Origin: Camelus dromedarius
Lineage: Eukaryota
DNA length: 64,000 nucleotides
NCBI RefSeq assembly: GCF_036321535.1
Contig: NC_087472.1
Location: 92,940,001-93,004,000, forward strand
Direction: 5' to 3'
Shown here one piece after another: positions 14,041 to 26,344 of this stretch (positions are counted from its first letter, which is position 1; every line of letters begins with the position of its first letter). The notes under the pieces are model-generated. The model was not told where the DNA came from. It was given only the letters and a program-made list of their open reading frames with translations, and searched no databases. Made by a program: the position numbers and the translations under genes.

Positions 14041-15789
14041 CCATCAGTTTCAGAAGCAACTAAACCTTCTCGTTCCAGGGAACTTAAGTAAACATATCTA
14101 TCTTCCCACTAGCCCATAAGCTTTTGACCTGTACTTCATCTTCAGCCCACACTAAACACAATCCTTACAATAGACAGGGCCCTCAAATAGTATCTCTTAT
14201 TCACTGACATGAAGGAGTTAATCAATTCAAGTGCATATTGGAAGGAGCACTTCCGCTAATTTAATAGGATTGAAGGACAGTGGTTACCATAAGCCACACT
14301 TCCCGCACAAGAATCACCTGAGACATGTTTGTGGCAGTAGCAGAATTTCAGCATTGGGGGATCTTAGCCTGTGCCATTGTGGCTGAAAAGGAAGGGCTTT
14401 ACACCTGAAAGTTGAAGCTGAGTTGGTAGGGGATTTTGGAGAACACTGAGACAGGATCCGATTATTCATAGTGAAATATAGTAGGAAGGGGAAAGGAATA
14501 CTGACAGAGATTGAAAGCCTTCTGCTGAAGCCCTCCCCAGGCACACCTTGGTGTTCCCATTGACCTCAAAAGTTTATAAAAGTACAATTTCCTGTGCTCC
14601 CTTCCACCATTGAATCAGAATCCTCAGGGCTACGAGGGTGAGTTTTGACAACAGCTAGATTATGTTACTTGTTTTTTTAGCTGAATTCTAATGCTTAAGC
14701 ACATAATATTTAGCTTGTGCCTAAGTAAACTGCATTCTTTTTCATTTTATCTTCAGTGTTTGGCCATTTCCCAGCTTACTAGAATTTCCAATATGGAGGG
14801 ATCAGAAAAAGTATAGAAAAAGCAATCCCTAGTGGTTTATTGTCTTCTACTTATTAGAATTAGAGATAAAGTATGTGATGAGGAAGAAAATTCAAACACG
14901 GCTAAAATGAGGGGTTTTTGTTTTTTCAAATCTTATGGGGCTCACTTTGTGATTTCCACCTACGGTTCAAATTTGTTATAATTATTGGTAGTTAACAAGA
15001 GAGTTCACATGAGCTAGGAATAAATCCTATTTTCTTCTTATTGAATGTATATTATACTCTAAAGCAATATTCTTTTTCCAGATGATCTTAATATAAAACC
15101 ATTTTGGAATGTGTATTTCCACCTTGCCATCACATGAGATATTTCCTTTTTCTTTTTTTCCCCTGCTGCCTCCTCCGACCTCTCCTTCCTCCCAAACTAA
15201 TTGCCACTTTTGGGTCACTTTGCAGTTGCCATCACTGTAAAGAAAGAAACTTTATTCTCATTGAAAAGTTACATCTAAACACAGTATTTTTGCTAGAGTG
15301 GGTGGCAACTTTCTAATACTACTAAGCAAAGGCAGTTCGAACAGATAAAGTCCCACTATAGAATACTGCCTTCTGCTTTAAAAGAAAAAGTTAATTTTAA
15401 ACTTTGGCCACTATTCATCTAGCACTGGAAACAGTGTTTAGTCTTAGGTGGGAAGAAGAAAGGAAATAAAGAGAGCCCAGGAAGGCTATTTGAGAGCAGG
15501 GCTTCCACACAAAGAAATTTGGAGTGAAGGTGGAATTCAGGAGGAACCCTAAGGAAATTCACAAAACTGGGAATCAAAGGTACCATGGAGATACCTCTTA
15601 ATTTCCTTCCTCTTATTCCTAAAGCATAAATCTGAGGAGGTCATCAAATGTTTTGTTTCTCTTATGCTCATGAAACCTCATTCCATTGGCCCCTGCCTGC
15701 CAGACCTGGAGACTTGGGGCTCTAGGCTCATCTTCTTATATTCTGCATCGCATCCCCTATTCTCTGGGGAAGGTAGAACATTAGCTCTT

Positions 15790-16200
15790 CCCTAAGCTCA
15801 CTCTGTTTGCTCCTGCTTACAACAGCTTTGTTCTTCATTTTCCCTCTACCTGGGATGTTACATTGTCTCCACACCAATGTGAATCCTTCAAAGTCTAATG
15901 TCAGCCTCACCTCCTTTAACAAGCCTTTCCTGATTCCTCCAAGTGCCTGCATTTTGACCCTTTCCTGAGCCTGTTATCATCCTTGACACCTCTCTTAGAA
16001 GTACACATAGTAGACTACCTTGAATTATAGTTATATATGATTTTTCTTTTTTAGTTATATATGATTTTTGTGTATCACCCCCTCCCCCTAACTAACCTTC
16101 TTTGGGCCCAGACATATGACATCACTCATCCCTATATCCTTGCATCTCCTCTTAGAGCGCCCTGCCCAAGGAAGGTGCTCAAATATCTATGGTGGGAGTG
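15790..16200 (+). mobile_element. L2 3' fragment
   Basis: atccttcaaagtctaatgtcagcctcacctcctttaacaagcctttcctgatt...ggtgctcaaatatct. Confidence 0.6.
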
Positions 16201-19200
16201 GAAGGAAGGAAGGGGGAAGGGAAGGAAGAAGGCAGCAAAGGAGGGAGGAAGGGAGGAATGAGGAAGGGTCAGCCATTTCTTCTCCCTCTATTTATAGGTT
16301 ACAAACTACCCAATATGAATCCTCTCTCCCTTATTACTCTTCCTTATTACATGAGTTTGGGAGCATATTAATCTAAAACTGATCTGCTGTAATGATGAAT
16401 GTTAAGCATTCATTCATGTAACACCGTTGTACTGGTGACCTACTCTACACCATGTACAGTGCTGGGCCCTGGGAATACGAAACAGACAGGCACCGGCCTC
16501 CTGGAGCTAAGCTAAGGCGTTCACTCATGGCGGGGAGCACTCACATAGCGGCAGCTGGCTATGTGACTGTGCTATTATGAGTCCTGGAGGAGAACCCCGA
16601 CAAGGGAAAGCAGCAGAGTCCAAACCCCCTGGAGACCCGTTGAATGCATTTGCTCTGCACACTGTGGAGCTGGGGGCCTCTGGAGGACCATTCAGGAGTT
16701 CTGCCCTGGTGAGAACAATTAGGGGCTTTAACAGGAGTATTCAAATGCCAAGCACTGAGAGCCACCAGATTCATTTGTTACATTCAAATTTTCTCCCTTG
16801 GCCACATGAAGCTTTGTTTACACAAAATACCTGATACCATTCTAAGTTTATCAGTTTTCCATTTTGACTGCTGTGTTTAGCTCCCCTGGCTGTGTTCCTT
16901 CTGAAATAAAGTTGGCGGAGAGGCTGGGAATGTCACAGTGTTCATAGCTAATGTCATTTATTCAAGCAGGTACGATAGGGGGCGGGAAGACACTGCAAGA
17001 TCCAACCTGAAATAAAGGATGTCCTCCACAGCCCCCACCCTGCCTCATCATCCAAAATGCACTCTATTGAAGCCATTTTTTTCTGAGTCGGAAAAAAAAT
17101 TAATGGCATATTTTCTCCAAATGTCACTATTATAATATGAAGGGGAAAACCCTATTATTCCAAACTTTTTGCTTTAGCATATTAACAGTGATTCATATGT
17201 TAAACATCTGGACAAAAATTACACACGCGCGCGCGCGCACAGACATACACTGCTGTATCTCCTTCACTTAGTAGCTGTGTGGTGGTATCTTGATAAACTT
17301 GATAAAAAATAATACTGTCCTGACTATTCCCAAACTGGTTCATTATTGTCTCTGTAAGCAGAGGGACTCTGTTGACGAAGAAATGAAGTATGAAATTCTG
17401 TCTCTTCAAAGTGAGATAAAATGGAGCTCAAAGATCTTTTGATAAGACCCCTTGGTGGGGCACTTTGAAAGGAAGAAGGCAGCATGCCACACTGGGAGAA
17501 TGATGGCAGTCCTAAATGCCAGGACTGTCCAGAGCAGATGTGCAGGAGAGTCGGGAAAAACGAAGGGCTCCAAAGAAGAGCAGTTTCCTGCTAATGGGAA
17601 AGAGGACAGGACGGAAAAGGCAAGGAGGCCCCACCAGCGACCTATTTTCTCAACTCTTTCTATATTGTGTCTCCAGAGATCAAATGAGGTCAAGAATGGC
17701 TCAGTGTGCATAAAGAAAAAATAAAGTCCACAAATTCTGAGTGCGGGCACCACGTAAGTGATCACAGGTGAATAAAGTGAGCTAAAAGATGAGATGCACT
17801 AGAATTTGCCTCGTCAAGAACAATTACTTTTCTTATGCTGCACGCTACTAAAGAAAATCATACACCAGGACAACTTGCTGTGTAACTAGTATTCAACTGA
17901 AGGCTTGTATCATATCAAGAAATGTGAATCGGGCATTATGGGACGGCCAATAAGTTGTGAGATCTTGGAAACTTAATTTCATTCCTCTAATTCAAAATTT
18001 CCTTGTTGGCTAAAATGACATAATGGGGCATCCTTTATTCCGATACTGTATATAATTTCATTAGACTTTTATGAGGCCATAGTAATCACCTCTGGCTATA
18101 TGTATAATAATCCATTTTCATTTTGACTGCAATATAATCTTTATTTCTTAAATGCAAATATTTCTGTAATTGTAGACAATTTTCGTTATAATAGTTGAAT
18201 CCCAAAATTTGAATGTGAATTTACCCGTGTGGGAACTTTAAATGTATGTTCTTAGGGCTCTATGTCTATCCATCCTAAAATCCACATTCCATCACTATGT
18301 CCATCTGCCTTTAATTTTGCATGTAAGATAAACATAATTTGAGTGTCTGTGCAATGCAAGTATTTTGACTCTAGACATATACTCCTTTTTTTTTTCACTG
18401 GGGCCACAGGAGTTATTCGAAGGGGTCTAGAAATGTCATAGACACCAAACTTCCTAGGTAGATAGTGTAATATAAGTAGACCCTGTTGTGACTATATACA
18501 AATTCATTTTTAAAGATTTGTGATATTCATAATAATTTATTGTTATTATTATTATGCATTTTCTCAGTCAACTGATACTGGAAGTACAACTATGATTAAG
18601 TGGCCTTCCAATTTTTCTCAATTAAAAAGAGGAACTTTATACTAGAAAATGATGATGATCGCTATACTAAGTCACAGTTGTAGTACATGTAAACGTTGAC
18701 AGGGTAAGAACCTACCAATTAACTCACTTTGATCAGGCCATGAGAAAATAAACCACTATGAATAATTTTATGATTATTCATACAGTGATTTATTATAATT
18801 ATAATTCACGTAAAATATAAGCTACATAATTAACAAACATATTGAAAGAGTGAAAGTCTATAATTATATGATCACAATTCACAGTCCATTTCATTTTTCA
18901 CTTGAGTCCAAACTCCACACACAATTTCCTGACTTAGGAAGTATTACAACATACAATCTAGGTTTACTCTTAAATATATATTCTTAGACCTGGATCTCTT
19001 GTATGAACAAAACAGCTCATTTAGCGCAGTTTATTGTAGTTTATCCATATGAATATGGTAACTATAACACACCCCTTGAATAGCTTGTCATGAAGAAGAT
19101 TATTTTTAATGTAATATGAAAACAGGAAAGAGCAGATCTTCAGAAGAAAAATATTAAAGTGCTTTGCTTGCTCCCCCTGCTTTATTCACAGGTCACTGCC

Positions 19201-22200
19201 TGGCAATTTCAGATTGTGTGATAGGAAAGCAGCGCCAAACCGGTCAGTCATCCCTTCTCTAAAGCTAACAGCCTTAGGAGGCTTAGAGTTTTGACACCTG
19301 CATATTGTTCCTACACAGGGGAACCAAAAAAGCACGTCAATTAAGGATCTTTCATTACAAGCCAATGGCCAGGGGAAGGAGCAGGGGGATATATGTCCAT
19401 TGAGCCATGCAGTTGGCCTGTAATGGAATGCTCTCTGCACTGTAATATACTCCAGGGTGGCATTCTCTGGGTGGAAATTAAATGTGTATTTGTAAGGTGA
19501 TTAGCAGAATCTGTCATATAAACAAGCCTATCTACAATCTTATAATATTCCTTTGTAAATCTGCGAGAGCGGATCTGAAGCATTTCCAGAAGATGTAAGG
19601 AATATGCATTTTTAAAATATAGGAAACCAAGAGAATGCTTGCTATTTATAGGCATCAATGTAGTCGCATAATCAGGTGTGATCAAATTCATCTGAAACAA
19701 AGAAATATTAGGGATCCTTAATGTAAAAAGCAGGACCCCGGGAGTCAGGAAAAGGAGGTCGCTCTATAACAGGGAAGTTCTTTAAGTCCATGTATATTTA
19801 CTTCTATTTACAGGGTTAATTTTCCACTTTCCAATTCCACCTTAACCAAAAATATAAAACCTTACTCTTTAACCTGATTATTTAGCCACTTAGAAACATA
19901 TCCAGAAGGTCATATCACTAACTATTCCCTATCTTCATATATGTAAATATATTTATGTTAAGATACAAGAACACTGGAGAAACGCAGTGTCAGTAGTGAC
20001 ACATGGGGGATTGCCTCCCCCTAAAGAACATTAGTAATTATTGCAACTAGCAAATTCGAGAACAGAACTATTATCTTCACATTCTTATGTCCTCTATTAT
20101 GCTAAGTATTCAAATGCATTATGCTTTGGTTAATAAAGTGCTACATGAATGTAGCTTTTTAGTTAATTGACCCAATTTAAGAAGTAGCATCAAGTGCGTT
20201 TGTGACCCTTGGTTGTGTATTCTTGGCAACAAAAACAGAAACACCTAAGTTCTCAGGAGCATTAAGAAAAAACAAAAAGCAATCAGCTTAAAACACTCTC
20301 ACACACAAAACCCTTCATTACCATTCTTTGAATGATGCTCAAAAGCAACTTTTTTTTTTTTAGTTACTGAAGACTATTATATTACCATATGAGTACTGCG
20401 GAAACAAACTGAGTACGGAGTGAAAATTAGCAACCAAAGCTTTTAATTTGTCTGTATTACTCACTGAACGATATTACCTACCAATTAATTGTAATTGATA
20501 CTGGGAAGTGGCTACGAAGATTTACAATAAGGGCATGAGAAAAAAAAACGCACTGTTAAATTCATAGGACTTCAGGGAACTCTTAATAATTATAATTCCA
20601 TATATCTCTAAAGCATAGCATGATGGTAAGCACTTAGACACACATCTGGTTTCTTTAGTGCAATATGTAACTGTTCTATTAGTTTTAAATGATTATCTTG
20701 AACACTGAGAAGGAAACACAGGGTCAGAAGTCACAAGGCTAGTAACTGACAGAGCCTGCAGGGCATCTCAGGCCCTCTGACTCAGCCCGGAATCCTACAA
20801 TACCTGAATGTCCAGAGAGCTGAGCTCCTTCCTCTTTGAGATTCCTGATACAACTAATGGAAGAAGGATTGGAATTTAATAATAAAAATGCTGACATGGC
20901 CTTATCTATAGCTGCCCAAATAGTACCATTATAATTATGCTTTATACATTTAGCATTATCCGAAAATTTACTACTTCTAAATCTTATTAATCAACACTTG
21001 GGTGCTTTGGTTGCCACAAATTACAAAGTAGTCTGCTTTACAAAAGCCTGAGATTTGCCAAACACCAAAGATCATATCTGTTGTAAGACAAGGTACATCC
21101 CAAACATTCAGCGTATATATTAAACAGACTAAAAGATTCTGAAATACAATCTTAAATTAATCCTAAAAGTACAGTTGTTCCTAAAGAATGTCTTATCTGT
21201 CATTTTACATTAATGTGATTTGTTCACATACATTGCACATGTAATAAAATTTCATTTTAAATTTTTCTCTAAATTTAGGAATACTGTGATTACTTATCTG
21301 CTAAATCTCCTGACTTTGCTGAGCCAACTGGTCAGGAGACAAAATTTGTACTTCCCAGATTTAGAAATGATATTTCTTCTTCTCTTTTTGAATATTTTCT
21401 AATCTAACTACATACCTTGGACTGACAAAATGGCCATAAAATAGAGAAATAGATATTATAATTTAAACTATTCACTGCCTTCATGTTTAAATGCTTGCCT
21501 ATTAAGCAAAGCTTTTTATTATTGATTTGTGAGTTACTTAAGAAAAATGCCATAACCTGCCTCGGTTACATAATCCTCATCCAAAAGAAAGTAACAGGTT
21601 ATAAAGTACCATTAAAATGATTGAAACTATCTTTCCTAACGTGAATATATGCAGTCTTCAAGTAAAAGGATAGCAATTACACGCATATGTATATTTCAAG
21701 GCCAGTGTCTTTTTTTTTTTCTTAAGAGACTTCTTTTCCTTCTAGTATTATTTCCATCCACTACTGAGTGTCTAAAAGCTCAAGAATATGCCCTCTTTGG
21801 TAACATATGGGTGGCTTATGTCAGAAAACAACTGAGGAAGTCATTTTAAAATATTAAAATAAAGAGTACAGGAAAACTCAATGCAGACTGTATTTCTGCA
21901 CATAGTTGGAGACTAACAGCCTGGAAGCACCCGTAGTGTTACCCTGACCCCTGAAGGAAGGAATCAGGAGTTAACTTCACATCCAATTTCCTACACAATA
22001 TGAACACCTCCAAATCCACTGGCACTATATATCAATGTTTGGGCATGTCCTACAGAAATAAAGTCATCTCAAATATCGGAGCTCAAAATTTCATTCCACC
22101 ATTCCACCATTCTGACTTGGAGTAAGCAGATCTTTTCAAAGTTACTTAGTGGATGTCGAGATACTGCACCTGACTCCACAGGAAAAACAGAAAGAATCAT

Positions 22201-24263
22201 CTCCATGATAGAAAAGTCATTTTGCCTTTTTTTTTTTTTTTTTTGGAGGGGGACGTAGAATAAATGTAAAGGGAAATAGGAAATAGCACAACTAGATGAT
22301 AAGATGATTTAATTCAACAGGGTTAGGATTTCAGTAGAGTTTCATTTTGAGGGAGTATATAACATCTATTGAGAGAAAAACAGATCTGAAAACAGGAGAA
22401 GGCCAAAAGGAGCTGATGTGTTATCTTCGTTTAAAGAAAATCACGGCTCCAAATAAAACATCAGGGAAAACGACATTTTTTTCTGCAGTATTCCCTCCTC
22501 TGTACAGTGAGCACAGCACACTTAGCTTATCTCATGGTAAAACTCACAGGCCGCTGCAACATGTCCTTTAAGCCATTCAGTAAGTAAAACTTGAAAATGG
22601 ATTGCTCTTTTTTTTTTCCTGGGATTTGTGTTAATAATGAATTCATCGCCATTTATTTTTTAATTTAACAGGATATCATTACCTCTGAAGGTTTTTACTT
22701 CTCTTTTCCCAGAGGGTTAAAATGGCCCAGAAAGAGGTTGTCAAGGCAGTAAAGGTACAAAACACTCATTTCTAACACACGGTGGAAGCAATCATTTTTA
22801 TTGAGGGAACCACCAGACTGAAATCTGCATCAAGCTTTACCAGGAAAAATTGAGAGGATTCCAAACAGTCATTCCATTCACAGTCTGCATTTCAATGGAT
22901 TTAACTTTCTGCTCAGTTGGGGTCATGTATTTCAATCATAGGGTGCAGAACTATGACCTTGGCTGGGATCATCAGCTCCAGTTACTCAATGGGGCACTTG
23001 TGAAACATTGCGGGCTCATTCTGACTCTCCACGGGTGTGGCTAAAATTGCTCCCCTCCGGCCCTAAAGCTTACATGATCTGCTGTCCCTCAGAAACTCAC
23101 TATGAGAAAACTCATGCTAAATTGACCACAGAGATCAGGGTTTACAGGACCCTTGGAGCTAATCTCTGCCTGCCATCCTCCTCTTCCCCTGTTAGCTGTT
23201 ACAAGCCTTCAAAAGTTAACAGGGTGATGAAGCCTCTCTCTATACAATCATTTCATCTCACTATCGTTGACTGAAGCTCGCTGATGTAATGAAGTTACAT
23301 AATCACCAATTATGCACGACTTCCATCCATCTTCCTTCATATCCACATATCTTCTCCCCTCCCCTTCAGATCAATCTACCAGGTGAGATTTATCACATGT
23401 AAATGCTCCATTCTCTCATCATAGGTACTGAATATGGGACTTTAGCATTGCAGTACAGTGCACTGAACCACGTCATCAATATTGATTTTTTTATCCCATT
23501 TCCCAGGCAGAATATGCTTAAGCATCCTTCGTGCTCTAGTCTCTAACTTTTTATTGAAAGGGTAAAATAGATGTAGCAGATAGGACACATCCTCAACTTA
23601 AGGTTAAGGGAAGTGTGTAATTGCCTGCATTTCCAAAGGTGGCTGCATTGCAATAAAAGGATGGTCTCTGCTTCCAGACCTTCGACTCCCCTGCACGTGG
23701 GTCGCAGCTTCAGCTATATAGGGTATTGGGGGAATAATTATATTATTGGGCAAATGAATTTGAGAAAGAAAGCATTATGGTGATGTTGGAAATAATATTG
23801 CACTATGCTTCTCTATTTTAGTCGTCATTTTCAGCTTTTTCTTTTCTTTTTAAATTCGGAATGGTAATCCAGTGGATAAAAAGTAGCCCAGGGTACTTAA
23901 TAATCTCCAGTAATCACAACCTAGAGAACAATTAACAATGATTATCACCTTAAAGTTTAAAAACTTGACAAGTGGGATGTCCCTGGTCCCATTGCGGCTG
24001 TGAAATGCAGCAGAATGCTGCACTGAGTTGAAAACATATTTCTTTTAATGAATAAAGAGTAGCTCGTTTCATTTTAAATAGGGCTCTTCAGTAAGTGTTT
24101 CTTTCACGGCTGCTACCCCTTCCAGAACACAGGAGCCACAAATATTGCATCCAAACAAAGAGTGTCTACCCAGAATTAATTCAAGATACTCTTCCATATC
24201 AAAATAATTGAAGAGGGGAGTGATGCTTTGATTTATTTTCAATTACACTCAAAATACAGACCG

Positions 24264-24300
24264 ACACACACACACACGCACACGCACACACACCAACACA
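24264..24300. repeat. Interrupted (CA)n microsatellite near the exon 1 donor
   Basis: acacacacacacgcacacgcacacacaccaacaca. Confidence 0.85.
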
Positions 24301-24449
24301 CCCAACTGCAGTTATTCCATTCAGTGCCAGTAACAGCCACATCACAGCCATCAATGCGATGCAGCAATCATCCAAGTCACCCATTCCCATTACAAACGCC
24401 CAAGTTCGCTCACACCACTGAGGGGTTTGCATATATAAAATGACCTTAC

Positions 24450-25050
24450 CCACAAGAGTCTTCCAAATTATTCTTCTCTGGATATCAGTCGGTAAGGTAA
24501 TTGCTGGTCATCACAATGCGTATTCAGAAAAATCCACGTTTTACTCCTGTGTTCTTTTTCTTATTTTTGCTAGCAATTAATATCGTGAACAAGATACCCA
24601 TTCACAAATGCCAAGTTCACCATAAAAGCAGATAATTCCATACAGCTCTTCCCTGCAAGACTGCCTCCAGTTAGTTCTCAAAGTGCCCGATTGTTTGGTG
24701 AAGATACAATCCAGGTGCAGAGCAGGGAAAAAAGAAAAAAAGAAAACTAGGAGAAAAAAGGAAGAGGCAGATAGAAAAGGAGAGACTAAGAGAGGAGAGG
24801 GCAGAAAAAGAGGGAAGAAATTTTTTAAAAAGAAGGAAGGAAAAAGGCCGGTAAGTGAGGAAGTCTGTGAGCTCTATGACAAGAATCGGAGTCTTGCTTG
24901 CAAATCTTCTGTATACATGTAGCCTTTCAGATTCTCTTGGTCCCCAAGTAAAATTTCCAGATCCGGGATGCAGCCATAAGAAAGAATCCTATGTATATTT
25001 CACAAGTATCCCGCAATAACAGATCCGACGGGGTTTTCCTTGTACAGTAC
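24450..25050 (-). other. IL1RAPL1: Non-coding first exon (5'UTR), probably IL1RAPL1 exon 1; 5' boundary approximate
   Basis: The minus strand ends ...GCAATTACCTTACCGACTGATATCCAGAGAAGAATAATTTGGAAGACTCTTGTGG|GTAAGG. This matches my recollection of the IL1RAPL1 5'UTR just before the ATG-bearing exon 2. CpGs are locally retained and young repeats are absent. Not confirmed by BLAST. Confidence 0.68.
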
Positions 25051-25721
25051 TGCTATGTGAAAGCACACAACCCCTGCTGTTTGGGAAGGTGTCTCCTGGG
25101 TCCTAGCTCTCTTCAGCAGCCCCCAAAAATGATTTTTCAAAAAAGAGTGGAGGAAAAAAAGCAGCTTTGCGTTTTCCTTGAATGATGTTAATCCTGAGCG
25201 AAAACGACAAGCAAACCACGGCTAGCACGAGATCTTGATTAATAGCCACAATCCACTCAGAATATCCCAGGGAAGAAGGAGCGAAAACAAGAAAGAGAAA
25301 CTGCAATGCATAAATGATTCCAGTGTTTCTACAAGATCGGTTCATTTGATTGAATGCATTTTCTGGTTTGCTGCAAGTCATAAAGAGGATAGTGTTACTG
25401 CCACCCAATGGATATTTTAGTACTAGCCAATCCACAGAATGCCACCGCTTTGCGAGTTTTAGTTTTCAGGAGACTGAAGAAGGAGTGTAGCCTGGGAATC
25501 TTTTGGAAAGGACCCTGAGAGGCCTCCTATAATGGGAATCTGTCCTTCCCAAGCAAAAGTGGACTGGCAACTGTGGACGCTTAGCCAGTCTTGCGTTAGT
25601 CACCTTAGACTTATGGTTCCATTTCTCTAGGAAGCAGAAAGGTGCAAGAGCAATGCCTAAACTGACACGCTCCTAATAACCTCCTTTTCATCTCTTCTCT
25701 TTAGAGCCGATTTGTTATTGC

Positions 25722-25771
<50 letters not shown>

Positions 25772-25791
25772 CTCTCCCTCTCCCTCTCCCT

Positions 25792-25833
<42 letters not shown>

Positions 25834-26270
25834 CACACACACACACACACACACTTGATCATTCGCAGTATCACTTTAAGCCGGATTTCAAACTGGAGCG
25901 GGGAACTAGACGCTCGCTCCAAACCTCAGGTGGCAAGGTGATAATTGTTTTTAAAGGGCAGTTTTAAAAAGTGCTTCAGCCTGTATTGGTATGTAAATTA
26001 TAGTCTTCAAGCAGTAACTCTCCACACAGCTGCTCTTTCTGTTTGGGGAGGAGCAAAATCTTCCCTAAGTGAGTGGGGCTTGGGAGGAGGGTGCCGGTGG
26101 CAGGCTTTCTGGTAGGGGGTAAGGAGGTGAAGGGGTGAGGGGGCGGGGTGCAAAAGGAGATTGAAAAGGACCCTCCTCCCATCCGCCTGGTTACAGATTT
26201 CGCTGCGGGATGGGATTCTCAGACAGAGTCGTGATGGGAAAAGAGGGACAGAGTAGATACCGGTCAAGTA
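25050..26270 (-). promoter_or_regulatory. Putative promoter region of the minus-strand gene
   Basis: Repeat-free and richer in CpG than the background, though not a full CpG island. Contains a GA/GT microsatellite and a GC box (GGGGCGGGG, 26140-26148). Confidence 0.55.
25724..25854. repeat. Compound microsatellite (TC)n-(TCTCCC)n-(TC)n-(CA)n
   Basis: Directly visible. Confidence 0.97.
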
Positions 26271-26344
26271 TATTACAATATTTGCTCAGTTTAAGATCAG
26301 TGCCCTTTATATTGCCTTGGGAAAGTATATAATACATGTGGTTC

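Larger units (their letters stand above)
1..24449 (-). other. IL1RAPL1: Intron 1 (partial) of the minus-strand gene, probably IL1RAPL1
   Basis: Begins at a GT donor at 24449-24448 on the minus strand (TGG|GTAAGG). No convincing coding exon lies between it and the window start, consistent with the very large first intron of IL1RAPL1. Confidence 0.62.

Noticed and set aside
24683..24922. Lys/Arg/Glu-rich ORF on +
   Set aside because: It is a translation of the purine tract antisense to exon 1, with a GTG start and low complexity.
25701..25922. ORF with CVCV/RERE/RGRG repeats
   Set aside because: It is a microsatellite translation.
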